A stretch of DNA of 64,000 nucleotides from Oculina patagonica. Lineage: Eukaryota. A program made the translations under genes and the position numbers. The notes under the pieces were generated by a model. It saw nothing but the letters and a program-made list of their open reading frames with translations, searched no databases and was not told where the DNA came from. The stretch lies in assembly GCF_052425735.1 (NCBI RefSeq), contig NC_135760.1:9300001-9364000 (forward strand), given 5' to 3'. Shown here one piece after another: positions 10,601 through 22,600 of this stretch; position 1 is the stretch's first letter; every line of letters starts with the position of its first letter.

Positions 10601-13600
10601 TGTTCACAATTTGTATAAAGGGATTAGTTGGGCATGGATCGTAGGACAGATTGGACGCTTTTAAGACGGTGTCAAAACCCGAAATATACGGGAATTGACG
10701 CCGCATCAGTATCTGAGCAGCATCCATTATTTTGTCATTTAACCAGGCTGTCCGATGTTGAAGGATTTCCTTTTCTTCCAGTCGTAAGTCAATGCCACTT
10801 ATTTTTAACCAAACACGACCATCGGGCCTTTCGTTGTCTGCGATGTCTTCATCTTCTCCCGGTTCTAGTGTTTTGCTTAGAACACTGTTGTCCTTTTGGG
10901 CTTCGTCTTCCACTTCTTTTTCGTAAACTTTATCAGGGTTTGCTGGAATGACTTCATAGTCGTTCGCCCGAGGGCGTTTTCTCCCCGACTTATTAAATTA
11001 CCTTCTCCCTTTGGTTTTCGCTTTCTTTTTAATTCCGTTAAGTTTATTTTACGCCTCGTCTTGACTTCTAAACCAAGACTTTTTTTAACTGCTATCTTAT
11101 GGTATTTTCTATTTCTTAAAATCTGACGGATAGTCACCGCTAATCTACAATCCGTGACGGCCAAAATAGCTCCTTAACGTCTTAAAATGCTTGTAAAGTT
11201 ATAGAAAAACCTATCTATTTCTTAAAATCTGACGGATAGTCACCGCTAATCTACAATCCGTGATGGCCGTCAAAATCCGTGACGGCTGAACCTGTAACAA
11301 ATCCGTGACGGCCAAAATAGCTCCTTAACGTCTTAAAATGCTTGTAAAGTTATAGAAAAACCTATCTATTTCTTAAAATCTGACGGATAGTCACCGCTAA
11401 TCTACAATCCGTGATGGCCGTCAAAATCCGTGACGGCTGAACCTGTAACAAATCCGTGACGGCCAAAATAGCTCCTTAACGTCTTAAAATGCTTGTAAAG
11501 TTGTAGAAAAACCTATCTATTTCTTAAAATCTGACGGAAAGTCACCGCTAATCTACAATCCGTAATGGCCGTCAAAATCCGTGACGGCTGAACCTGTAAC
11601 AAATCCGTGACGGCCAAAATAGCTCCTAATAGCTAATCTACAATCGGTGATGGCCGTCAAAATCCGTGACGGCTGAGCCTGTAACAAATCCGTGACGGCC
11701 AAAATAGCTCCTAATAGCTAATCTACAATCCGTGATGCTTGAAGTAATGGTCTACAATAGAAAAAAAAAACATCTATTTAAAACCTGTCTCCTTGACCGC
11801 TAATCTAAAATCCGTGACGGCCGTACCTTGTGTCAGCTGCGAGATGTTTGAGAGTGACTAAATATGCCAAATAATGGATAATTGATAATTAGATAATTGA
11901 TTGATAATTGATAATTCCCCGTGACAGGCACGTGACATACACGTGACGGTCCCGTGACGGTCAAGAAAAATATGTCCGGGACGACCGTCACGGGTGCTTG
12001 ACCGTCACGGGTTTTACCAATGCCCACTATCGAAAGTGACAAATTACATGTATTGTATTAAAGGTGACAGTAGGTCAACATGTTCTTTTGGGACTGGGTC
12101 ATAGTCCAGTTTTTGGACTAAGCATCATATAATCTGAAATTATAAAACAAACAGCTCAACCAATGACAAAACAGATTTCGACCATTTGATAATAAGAAAC
12201 CCTTGTCACTTTTCAAGTTGGTACTTAGCAAGTTACACATTCATGTGAAATTGTTATGCACCTATCAATGGTTTGCCCCAGATGCAGGGTGGGGGGAGGG
12301 GGGGTGTCAAATTCCTACCCTTGGCCAGGCCCTTTCCACTTTCTAAGATGGTGGCTGAGGGAACCCTTGTGGATGTCAAAATCCCAACCCAGGTAGAGCT
12401 ACCTATGCCAGGTAGAGCTACATACAGTCAAATTCCCCCTCAACCCGCTGGGGCAAATCATTGATAGGTGCATTACCAGACTTATCATTGTAAACCTGGT
12501 TAGAGGGGGGGGAGGGGGGGGGAAGGTGGGGCACCCTAGCTCCCTGACTTTTTATCCTGGTTTACTTAGCAAGAAACTATGACATTTAACGAAGTAAATC
12601 TGGAAATGATACAAGAAATAATGCTACTTTGTTCTTTTCTGATTGCAGGAATGTTCTGCCTTGCACCATTTAAACAGCTCAGGACAGCGATGTCATTTTG
12701 TCAAGTCAACTGAGAGTTGTCAGATGGATGAAGGATTTATTCAATATGTACAGTTTCCATACTGCTCATTTCCTACAAACCTTGTTCCTCTTGCATTTTT
12801 CTTGCTGGTATGTAAGTAATTTTTTGGATTTGCAATCCTAAAAGACACCTTGATAACTAAAAATTCCCTAAGTGAGCTAGACCAAAAAATTATCTATGAT
12901 TTACAGCCCTAAGTGAGACAACCTTGCCATTCCTATCCCTTTTCATAAGGGAGTTCCCATCCATGGTAAGAAACATCCAAATTTTATACAGGCCAGTTTT
13001 TTAATTCTTCAGTGCCAATCATCTTTCTAATTTTAAGATCTCCTGAAGTAATTTAAATGTCCCTCTTGTTATATATGCAATAAAAAAGTCAGGTAAAATA
13101 AGTCTGCATTTAGCCTAGAGGTAGAGGCCAGGGTGCATTCTGTCTACACACCATGCCAAAGATACGCCAAGTTTTATTACAGGTCTAAGGTCCAGCATTA
13201 TTCATACCTAAAATAAGTCATCTGTAAGGGGTATTGAATGGTTTTTGCGAGCATGCGAGCAGAGAGTTTTTGTTCGCGAGCACGAGCATTGACAAAAGTA
13301 AGTCTTGCAAGCAACGAGCACTTTTCAAAACGCTTCCTCCGTAAAAAACCGAGCGTGCAAGCACTTGCCAAAATATGCGAGCACGAGCAAACAAGCACTC
13401 ACTAAAATTTTGTGAGCATTCTGAGCAGAAGTGTAATTTTGCGAGCATTGCAAAATTTTGATGGACCATTCATGACCCCTTCTGTACGCCAGTTTAAAGG
13501 TGCTGACTACGATCTTACGCCAGTATGCAGCACAATTTTGAATCCATGCCAAAGATCTTCGACATAACTTAAGTAGAATGCAGCCTGGCCTAGAGGCCCA

Positions 13601-16600
13601 TCTGTCATCAGGTCAGAGCTTATTCAGGTTTTCCTAGCATTAAGTGTCTGGGGGTATTTAGAACTGCTTCCCCTAGCATTAGATTCACGGGTAACTGTTT
13701 ATACACCTGGGTGGACAGAGGCACAGTGAAAGTAAAGTGTCTTGCTCAAGCTCAAAATGTTGTGTGACCCATTAAGCCACCATGCCTTCCATACTAAAAT
13801 TCAGGGATAGCAATATTTTCTGCAAATAATTTGTTTTATCTAGATTGTATAATTCACTGTAGTAGTCAGGTGCCGCGGCAATCATATTTCTAAACATTTT
13901 TTTTAGTTTTTATGGTTGGCATTCCTCTTTATAACTCTTGGATTGACAGCGGATGACTAGTAAGTTGCAAAAATTAATTATGGTTCCTTTTAATTACCCT
14001 ATAAATTTCAGCATAATTTTCTGATGCGGCATTTATTCGAGGGTGGTGTTTATTTTAAAATAATATTCAAGTACTAAATTTTCAGTTGCAGATTTAAGTA
14101 AAATACAGACCAGCATTGACATTATTACAAATTACATTTTAGCTAGTTTGTGACAAGATTCTAGCCTGTGTGAAAATCTGAATTTATTTAGAAACCCTTT
14201 TGTTTGAATTGAAGTTGCAAACACAAGGGTCTTTATTAGAAGAAATTTAGTTCTTTTAAGTCATAACACACTTCAGGACTCAAACAGTAATCTTTAATGA
14301 CATAATAACTTTGTTATTAGATTATTTAAACATGAACATTATTGTTTTGTTTATTTTTATATTTGTATTTCATGTGTAGCTTCTGCTCTTCTTTGCACGT
14401 GATCTCAAAGACATTACGAATCAGTCAGAATATTGCTGTATCCTTTTACTTTAGTGAGAAATTCTCTGCTGGATGCAAACAACACAATACAATCACTGTC
14501 AGTGGCAGATGTAGGCAAGGAGCATAGGGAACATGATCCCACCACCCCTTACCTGGTTGCGAAATGGCCACTTAATTTTTTTTTTAATTTCGAGCCCTGT
14601 CTTCTACGGTGGCCCATATAGGACATGAGCAATTTTTTTTTTCGATTGAAATTTTAACTCAAATTTCAGTTACAAAAATCCGTATTGTGTAATTGTTTAA
14701 ACGTACAACTCGGATTTATACTAAAAAATCTTAGTTGTAAACATCGTTCAATGTACACTCGGATTTTTACCGCAAAAATCCGAGTTGTTAATTTTTCAAA
14801 AACACAACTCGGATTTTTAACACAAAAATCCGAGTTGTTAAATTTTCAAAACACAACTCGGATTTTTACTTAAGACACGGGGTTTTCCGCCGGGAACAGC
14901 TTAAAGTGCATGGTAAATAAATGTGACGGGCCTACACGACTCCTACACGTTACATCAGGCAAGACCAAGGTTTCGTTCGTGACATCAGGCAAGACCATGG
15001 TTTCATGGTTTCATGGTTTTTGCCTGAACTAAACTATATAGTGACATATACAAAACGCAAAACAGTCAGTAGGACTTGCGCGTGAAAGATTTCAAATTTA
15101 TATTTGAATCATGTGGTGCCAACGTAACGCAACGAGCAAAGGAGGTAGTAAAATTCTAAACATCGAGCTTAAAAGACAGAGCGCTAGATCAAAATAATGC
15201 AAGAAGCATAGCCTTTACAACACATAATGTCTCTCTGAAACCAACTTTCAGCTTTTTCATAGTAAAGCTGAAACAGTCTCTGGCGAAGCCGGACCAAGAT
15301 AATCCGTGATAAGACCGAATACATCTTGCAACAGTATTGATTAAAATGCCGGGCCGGCATCAATAACATGCAAGTAGTTTACATTTTCACGGAACATTTC
15401 AGATCTTGTCCTTCCAGAGCGAACATTTTGAGAGCTTAAAGCATATCTTGCAATTAGAATTTAGCCAAAACAAACTAAACTAGCACAACATGTGGTAGAG
15501 TACAGATTTAGAGGCGTCATTCAACTCTACAAACGGAATCCACGCAGTTCGGACTTATGACCTCTAGACACTTCCTTGGCCACAATCTTACGGCTCTACA
15601 ATACATAATGCCTCCAAATAGTAACAGTACCCTCGGAAAGAAGTCAGAAGCAAATAAGGTCGAAAGACCGAGCACTTTAAGCTGTTCCCGGCGGAAAACC
15701 ACGTGTCTGAAGTAAAAATCCGAGTTGTGTTTTTGGAAATTTAACAACTCGGATTTGTGCGGTAAAAATCCGAGTTGTGTTTCTGGAAATTTAACAACCG
15801 AGTTGTGTTTCTGGAAATTTAACAACTCGGATTTTTGCGGTAAAAATCCGAGTTGTACATTGAACGATGTTTACAACTAAGATTTTTTAGTATAAATCCG
15901 AGTTGTACGCCTAGACAATTACACAATACGGATTTTTGTAACTGAAATTTGAGTTAAAATTTCAATCGAAAAAAAAAATGCTCATGTCCTATATGGGCCA
16001 CCGTAGTCTTCAGTTCCCCCTCCTCTTATTACAGTAGATCATCTATCACATATTTAGCACACTTCAGGCAGCTGTAATCTCCTATCAAATTTGGGCCAAC
16101 AGGCTTTAAGGGAGGTCACCCTGTAGTAAATTTGTTTTAACCACTATTGAGTTTGAATATCAATATATAATTATTTCAATGGGCAATTCCAGAAAATATC
16201 CATACACCACGAAGGACGGCTCCCCTTGCCTTCGGAAATTCCAAAATGCGTTACCCCCCCATGCCCTCGGAATTCCATAATCCTTAACCCCCCCTCCCGT
16301 TCGGATTTTTCGTTTTTTCTTTAAGTCCTTTACAATTCCCGGCAGGGTTCGTAAATATGCCCAATTTGACGTATTTTACATCAAATTATTTCAAATGACT
16401 CGATCTGTAACAGAGGCTGGGATGAAAATGTAAAAAAAAATACCTTATACCTCCTTACTCTTGTTCAACAGATACAACCTACATTAACTTTACATTGCCC
16501 CAAACTGGTACAGAACATTAAAATAACAATATCGTGTTATGTATGTGTGTACTTTCGGAAGATAATACAATCGAGTGCACTGACATATCCGCCATCTTGA

Positions 16601-19600
16601 ATTTGAGCCTCCAGGGTCAGCAGTCACTCCCAACCCACGTGCTTCAAAATGGCGTCTCGAAGCGTGGCAAAATAGTTTCGCGCTCCACTGAATGTGCTGA
16701 ATATGTTGTGGATCCGCTTTTTACAAGAAAAAAGAGTGAATGAAGACATTCATCAACGTTAAGGCCTCTGGAGCTTGATGTACAACCCACATTTTATTGG
16801 TTTTCTTTTGTAAATGAACGTTTACACACGCCTGATCGATCGATACTTGTCTTGTATCTTTTTGTCCGCGGGGATCCTGCTTCTGAGACGCGGTCGTCAG
16901 TTCGTGCTTTATTTACAAATGAGTAATCCACAAAAATTAGCATTTCAAGGAACACACTTTTGTCTGTCTCCTCTGGAAATCCAAGATCTGGAACTCCCCC
17001 ATGCCTTCGGAATTCCAATCGCAAGTATCCCCCCCATGCCCTCGGAATTCCAGTTCAAAGAACCCCCCCCCTTGCCCTCGGAATTCCAAAAAGCCGTCCG
17101 TCGAGGTGTATGGATATTTTCTGGAACTGCCCAATTTTGTTTAATATTTTACATTCTGTGAAATTTGATTTCCTTGACTTTATTGTAAATATAAGGGTGT
17201 TACATTTCTAGCCTTTGGCAATGGTGCACCTGATATTTTCAGTGCCATAGCAGCTTTCTCTCAGAGCAGAAATCAAAATGGAGTACAGCTCGGGATACAG
17301 GCCCTCTTTGGTAAGACAATAATATTACCTGTAAGTAGTACATATTCAAATCAGGTAAGTTTTTTCGGTGATCTCCAGAATAATCAAGGTTGAGGCATGC
17401 GCGAGTGTCAGAGAGTGAGGTCTGATGACACTTTTGGTTAATATTGTACATAGGCATGCAATGCATGCAGAGAGCTATGAAACTGATGCTCTTTGCACAC
17501 ATTGCAGATCTATAATGCTAGCTTTCATAATTAAGCAGATCAGAGTTTGTTTAAAAAAGCACAGTTTGTGCACTTCACCTTTTACTTGAAAACGCCTCTC
17601 TGTTTCTTTGCAAACACTTTCTCCTTTAAATATATAACCTGCAATCAAGCATTCTTCGGGAGCAGGAATGGTGCAGTGGTGAGAGCACTCACCTCCCACC
17701 AATGTGGCCCGAGTTTGATTCCCAGACCGGCGTCTTACATGTATGTGGGTTGAGTTTGTTGTTGGTTCTTGTCATCGCTCCAAGGGTTTTTCTCTGGGTT
17801 CTCCAGTTTTCCTTCCTCCAGAAAAATCAACAGTTCTAAATTCCAATTCAATCGGAAACAGTGGACGAAGAGCCAGCCTGTGAACTTGCCACTGCAAATT
17901 CCCATTTGTTTATTTATTTATTTATTTATTTATTCTTTTTTTTTTCAAATTTTCTGCATCTTTATAATGCACTTAATATATATCCATATTTATGACTGTC
18001 TTGCAGAATGCGAAATAGGAGGTATCCTACCTTAAGCCAAATTCACCCACTCCATTGGTCGTTGGGTCATAGACTTTTGTTTGTAATTTCACTGACCAGT
18101 ATTGCTCATGCCTCAATTTTTCTGTAAATCATTTTATTCACCTGATGCGAAGCAGTTGTATTCTCATAGAGACCTTTGATTTCCTTTATATCCACTTTTG
18201 GCAAGTCTGTTCCTGAGTCTAGAAACTAAAAAGGCTGCCACTTTTCAATGACTTTTAAAACTCCAGTTTCTATAGGCGAATGTTTTGCAGGTTGGCCCCA
18301 ATCATTTTCCAATCTTCATCAGTTTGCTTTATAACTGTTGATGTGGTATACTTATATTCGTATAATTTGGTAGGTAACAATTTTTTTTATCAATTTATTT
18401 ATTTGTTGTTTTTTTTTGTTTCCACGTTTCAGGTGCTGGTATGTTTGTGACGACAGTTGTTGTTAGTGCTATATCCTTTGTCTCAACAATCACGTTGACA
18501 ACTCGTCCTTTCACCAGGGATGTCTTATTCTCCCTGGGAGCTGTTTCATTGACGTTCATCACATTATATGAAGAAAACATAACATTAGGAGAGTCAATAG
18601 GTAATTAACTCCCAGCTTGTTCCCTGATCATTATGGCTATTTATGTCTGCACAATTTATAGGCCTTCACTGCTAGCTGTATCAGAACTCTCATTTCAGGA
18701 GTGTAGCACAAATTACATGTATCCATCATAAAGGAGATGGCATGTAAAGAAATCTGTGAGAGATCCATTCAGTTTCTCTGGTTGATTGTTGCTTGGTTTT
18801 GAATTTTTTGCACAACCAACCAGATACAATACACAGATCTGAACCAGGTTGTTCAAAGCATGATTATGATAATTCAGGACTAGCGTGAATTTTGATTTCA
18901 GTCTTTTAACTTTTCTGGTTTTCTGTTTATATTTTCTCTCCTCCAGTTAAGGACTGATGTCAAACTCCAAAGAATATGAGCACTAAAAACACCTTTAACT
19001 TTTATTCCTGGGTTGGTGTTAATCAGCTTTCGAACAACCAGCCCTGTAGATCAAGCTTTGTCTTGAATCAGTTTGGAATCTCAGACGTCTGAGGACTTAT
19101 CAGAGCTGAAAATCACTTTCTATAAATTCTTTTAAAAGTTAGTTCCTAGGGAAATAGTTGGGTCAGAAACACAATTATTTCCGACTTTTGGTGTTCTAGT
19201 GCCGGTACCTATCCCCCACCTGGGGGCTGCAAGGCCCAGGGTGGGTACTTGCAGTATACATGACGGGGGGGTCCGACGGAGCTTCATATTGCGAACCCAA
19301 AAAAATACATGAGCCTGAAATTTTACACCCAAAAAAATACCTGGACCAACAAAATTTTCTATCCCAAAGAGTACAAGACCTAACACCTTGATACTGATTT
19401 ATTCAATCAAACATACTTTAAGAGCTAAAAAAATACATGACAGATCTCTCGACCCAAAAAAATACCGAGGGTGTAAATTTTCAACCCAAAAAAATACGTC
19501 GGACCTCCCCGTCATGTATACTGCAAGTACCCCTCCTGGGCTGCAAGGCTGAACTAAGGCTGATTCAGTAAGAAAAAGTTTTGAGAGCTTCCAGCATTAA

Positions 19601-22600
19601 ATCCATATAACATGACTATTGATGAGCCTTTTAAAACATATGTCACATTTATAAGAAAAGGGTAATTGATTACTTTTTTTCTTATTTTACCAATAGGTTT
19701 CATAGTATTGTATGTAGCGTACGTTCTTGTTGTCATTTTTGGCCACTACATCTACCAAAGATGGAAAAGAAATTCAGGGCGTGTTGAAATTAAAGCTGAA
19801 TCCCCAGAATCAGGTACGTTCATAATGTAATTGGAGTAACTGCAGAGTACCCTGCCACACAAGCCCATTACTAAATTGAGGTGTCTACATGGTACGCAGT
19901 CGGTATTAAAGCATTCTTGTTTATGATGCTTCTGAGATGTTCGCTTTCAAACCATTGGAGTCTTTTGAGTCCCAATGACTGAATTGGCAGTGGACTAACT
20001 AAATGTTGAACACTGGCAATCACAAAGATCTTAACAGTTACCAAGCGCTATGGTTAAAAACAGGAAGAATACTAAGGTAATCACCCCCCCCCCCCCCCCG
20101 AAAAAGAAATAACACAAAGGGGTCCTTATTTATAAATGTTGATCAAACCGGTTATGTGAAAGGTCGGTATATCGGCGAAAATATCCGCTTGATACAAGAT
20201 GTAATACACTTTACAAGCCAAATAAATGAAAAAGGAATTGCTATTTTCCTCGATTTCAAAAAAGCCTTTGACACGATCGAATGGACGTACCTTAACGCCC
20301 CCTCGAACTATTTAATTTCGGACCTGATATTATGAGCTGGATTAAAATAGTATATAAAGATGTCTCCAGCTGTGTTGTTAACAACGGTCATGCTTCTACC
20401 TTCTTCCCTTTACAACGAGGCGTTCGTCAAGGATGCCCTTTATCGGGAATCCTATTTGTCTTAGGAATCGAACTATTTGCAAGAGCGTTAAAAAACAAAA
20501 CTTCCATTAAAGGGATCGAAGTCGACAATCATGAAATAAAAGTGGCACAATATGCTGATGACACCACCGTCTTTGTCCGTGACAGAGAATCGGTCCACGA
20601 GCTTCTTGATTTTCTCAAAGAATTTAGTGCGCAATCTGGGCTAGAAATAAACACAGCTAAAACTGAGGCGATGTGGCTAGGACAATGGAAAAATAACCAG
20701 GACACTCCCTTTGGTTTCAGGTGGCCAAAAGAGCCAATACTTTCTCTCGGTATCTTCTTCTCGCACAATCAAGCACATGCTGACGATCTTAACTTCGGTG
20801 CCAAAGTTCGTGACTTAGAGAAAACTCTTCTCGCTTGGCAGAAGAGAAAACTAACACTATACGGGAAAATCAATATCGTTAAAACGCTAGGCCTTTCCAA
20901 ACTGATTTTCAATGCTTCAGTTTTACACATTCCGGATCACTTTATAAAGCAAATTAATAAGATTACGTTCAATTCCATTTGGGGCGGTAAACCTCCCAAA
21001 ATCAAAAGAACCACGATCATAGGTGAGAAAAAAGACGGGGACAAAAGTGTGATTCCAAGGACAAAGCATTAAAGATCGCCTGGATTAACAGAATTCAAAC
21101 TCAATCTTCGGCCGCATGGAAAATTATTCCAGGCTACTTCTCACGACTTAATGGCAACCTTGCTTTTTTAACAAAATGTAATTACGAAACTAAAATGCTG
21201 AAGCTCAATAACCTCCCGGACTTTTATCGGTCAATACTAGAATACTGGCAGTATTTTAAAACATTAGATTCTAAAGAAACAGACCTTAGACATGAAATTC
21301 TATGGAACAACCGCAACATTTTAATTGACAAGAAGCCAGTTTTTTATAATAATTGGTTCACTCAAAACATTGTTCACGTGCATCATCTATTGGACGAACA
21401 AGGTAATTTCTACGATATTGCAGAATTTAAAACCAAATATAACCTGAATGTGCCGTTTACTACCTTCTACGGTCTCATCGACGCCATTCCTAACGCATGG
21501 AAAAATAAAATAAAACAGCGCTTCCAAATCGAGAGTAACTCAACAAACGGTAACACAGCCCTGTCCACAAGTTCAATTTATTCTGCTATCTTGAAAAGCC
21601 TCTTCAAACCACCAACCTCTCAAAGTAAAATTCTGCGTCACGGCTTTACTGAAAAACAATGTTCAGAAAGTTTACTTACTACCTTTTAAGATTACAAAAG
21701 AAATTAAAATCATAATGTTTCAATTTAAAATTATACACAACATACTACCTACCCAAATGAGTTTATATCGTGACGGTATCTCAGAAAACGATACCTGTCC
21801 TCTTTGCAAAAACGAAATACAAACCTTGAACCATTTATTGGTTACTTGCATCAAAACGACCTCCTTTTGGAAAACTGACTTTTCATAGCTGGTGGTACGA
21901 GAAAACGCACGAAACGATACGCTTAGATCAAAGTAAAATATTGTACGGTTTTTTTGAAAAGACATCGCACTGGCAGCCTCTAAATTACCTTATTCTACTA
22001 GCAAAATATTACATTTTCTGCACAAATGGTCTACAAGATGAACTTTGTTTCCAGAGCTTTCTACTACGGGTAAAAGACAAATTGCAAATACTTAGGGAGA
22101 TCGCAATTGCAAAAAAATCATTAGAAAATTTTCAGCTAACATGGGCCTTTATTTTGTAAATCTTAAAATTATAAATATAGTGTAAACATAAATAACCGTT
22201 TAAACATCTGTTATAGCTTTTAGAATTGTATGTGGCGACTATGATTAGTAAGTACATATAGGGAAAAGACAATGTTCTGTCAAACTGCTGTAATTAAATG
22301 TTTGTAAGTGATGTAATAACATATTGTAGTCTATTGAAAGTAATGTAAATAATATACTGTAAGCATTATCCCGTAAATCTACGTAAGTACTGTTCTGTAA
22401 GTTTCGTTGTGTATTATTAATAAAGTTAAAAAAAAAAACAAAGGGGTCCTTAGTCATTTCTAACTACCGGTACATTGTATTGTTCCAGAAAATATCCATA
22501 CCCCTCCCACAGAAGGTTTTAGGTTTGAATCCCCCTCACCCCTCTGGAAATGTCAGTTAAACCCCATACTTGTGAGATCCCAACTCGTTTGGAATGTGTC

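Larger units (their letters stand above)
8222..12025 (-). mobile_element. Non-autonomous TIR DNA transposon carrying a Ulp1-PHD reading frame (superfamily uncertain: MULE/Rehavkus-, Merlin- or Zisupton-like)
   Basis: 8-bp TSD ACTATCGA (8214-8221, 12026-12033). TIRs GGCTGTTGGTAAAACCCGTGACGGTCAA / TTGACCGTCACGGGTTTTACCAATGCCC. Absent from the homologous site in copy 2 (~35596). Dozens of CCGTGACGG motifs. Confidence 0.92.
14438..17195 (+). other. U12-type (minor spliceosome) GT-AG intron 4 of NCLX copy 1
   Basis: Donor GTATCCTTTT at 14438; branch site TTCCTTGAC at 17170-17178, close to AG at 17194-95; no polypyrimidine tract. Splits ..QNIA|GVTFLAF.. Confidence 0.92.

Noticed and set aside
10877-11164. 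Basic ORF as a frameshifted N-terminus of the Ulp1 protein
   Set aside because: It begins within the 151-bp repeats, and the Ulp1 frame is itself open from ~10997, so a fusion cannot be established.
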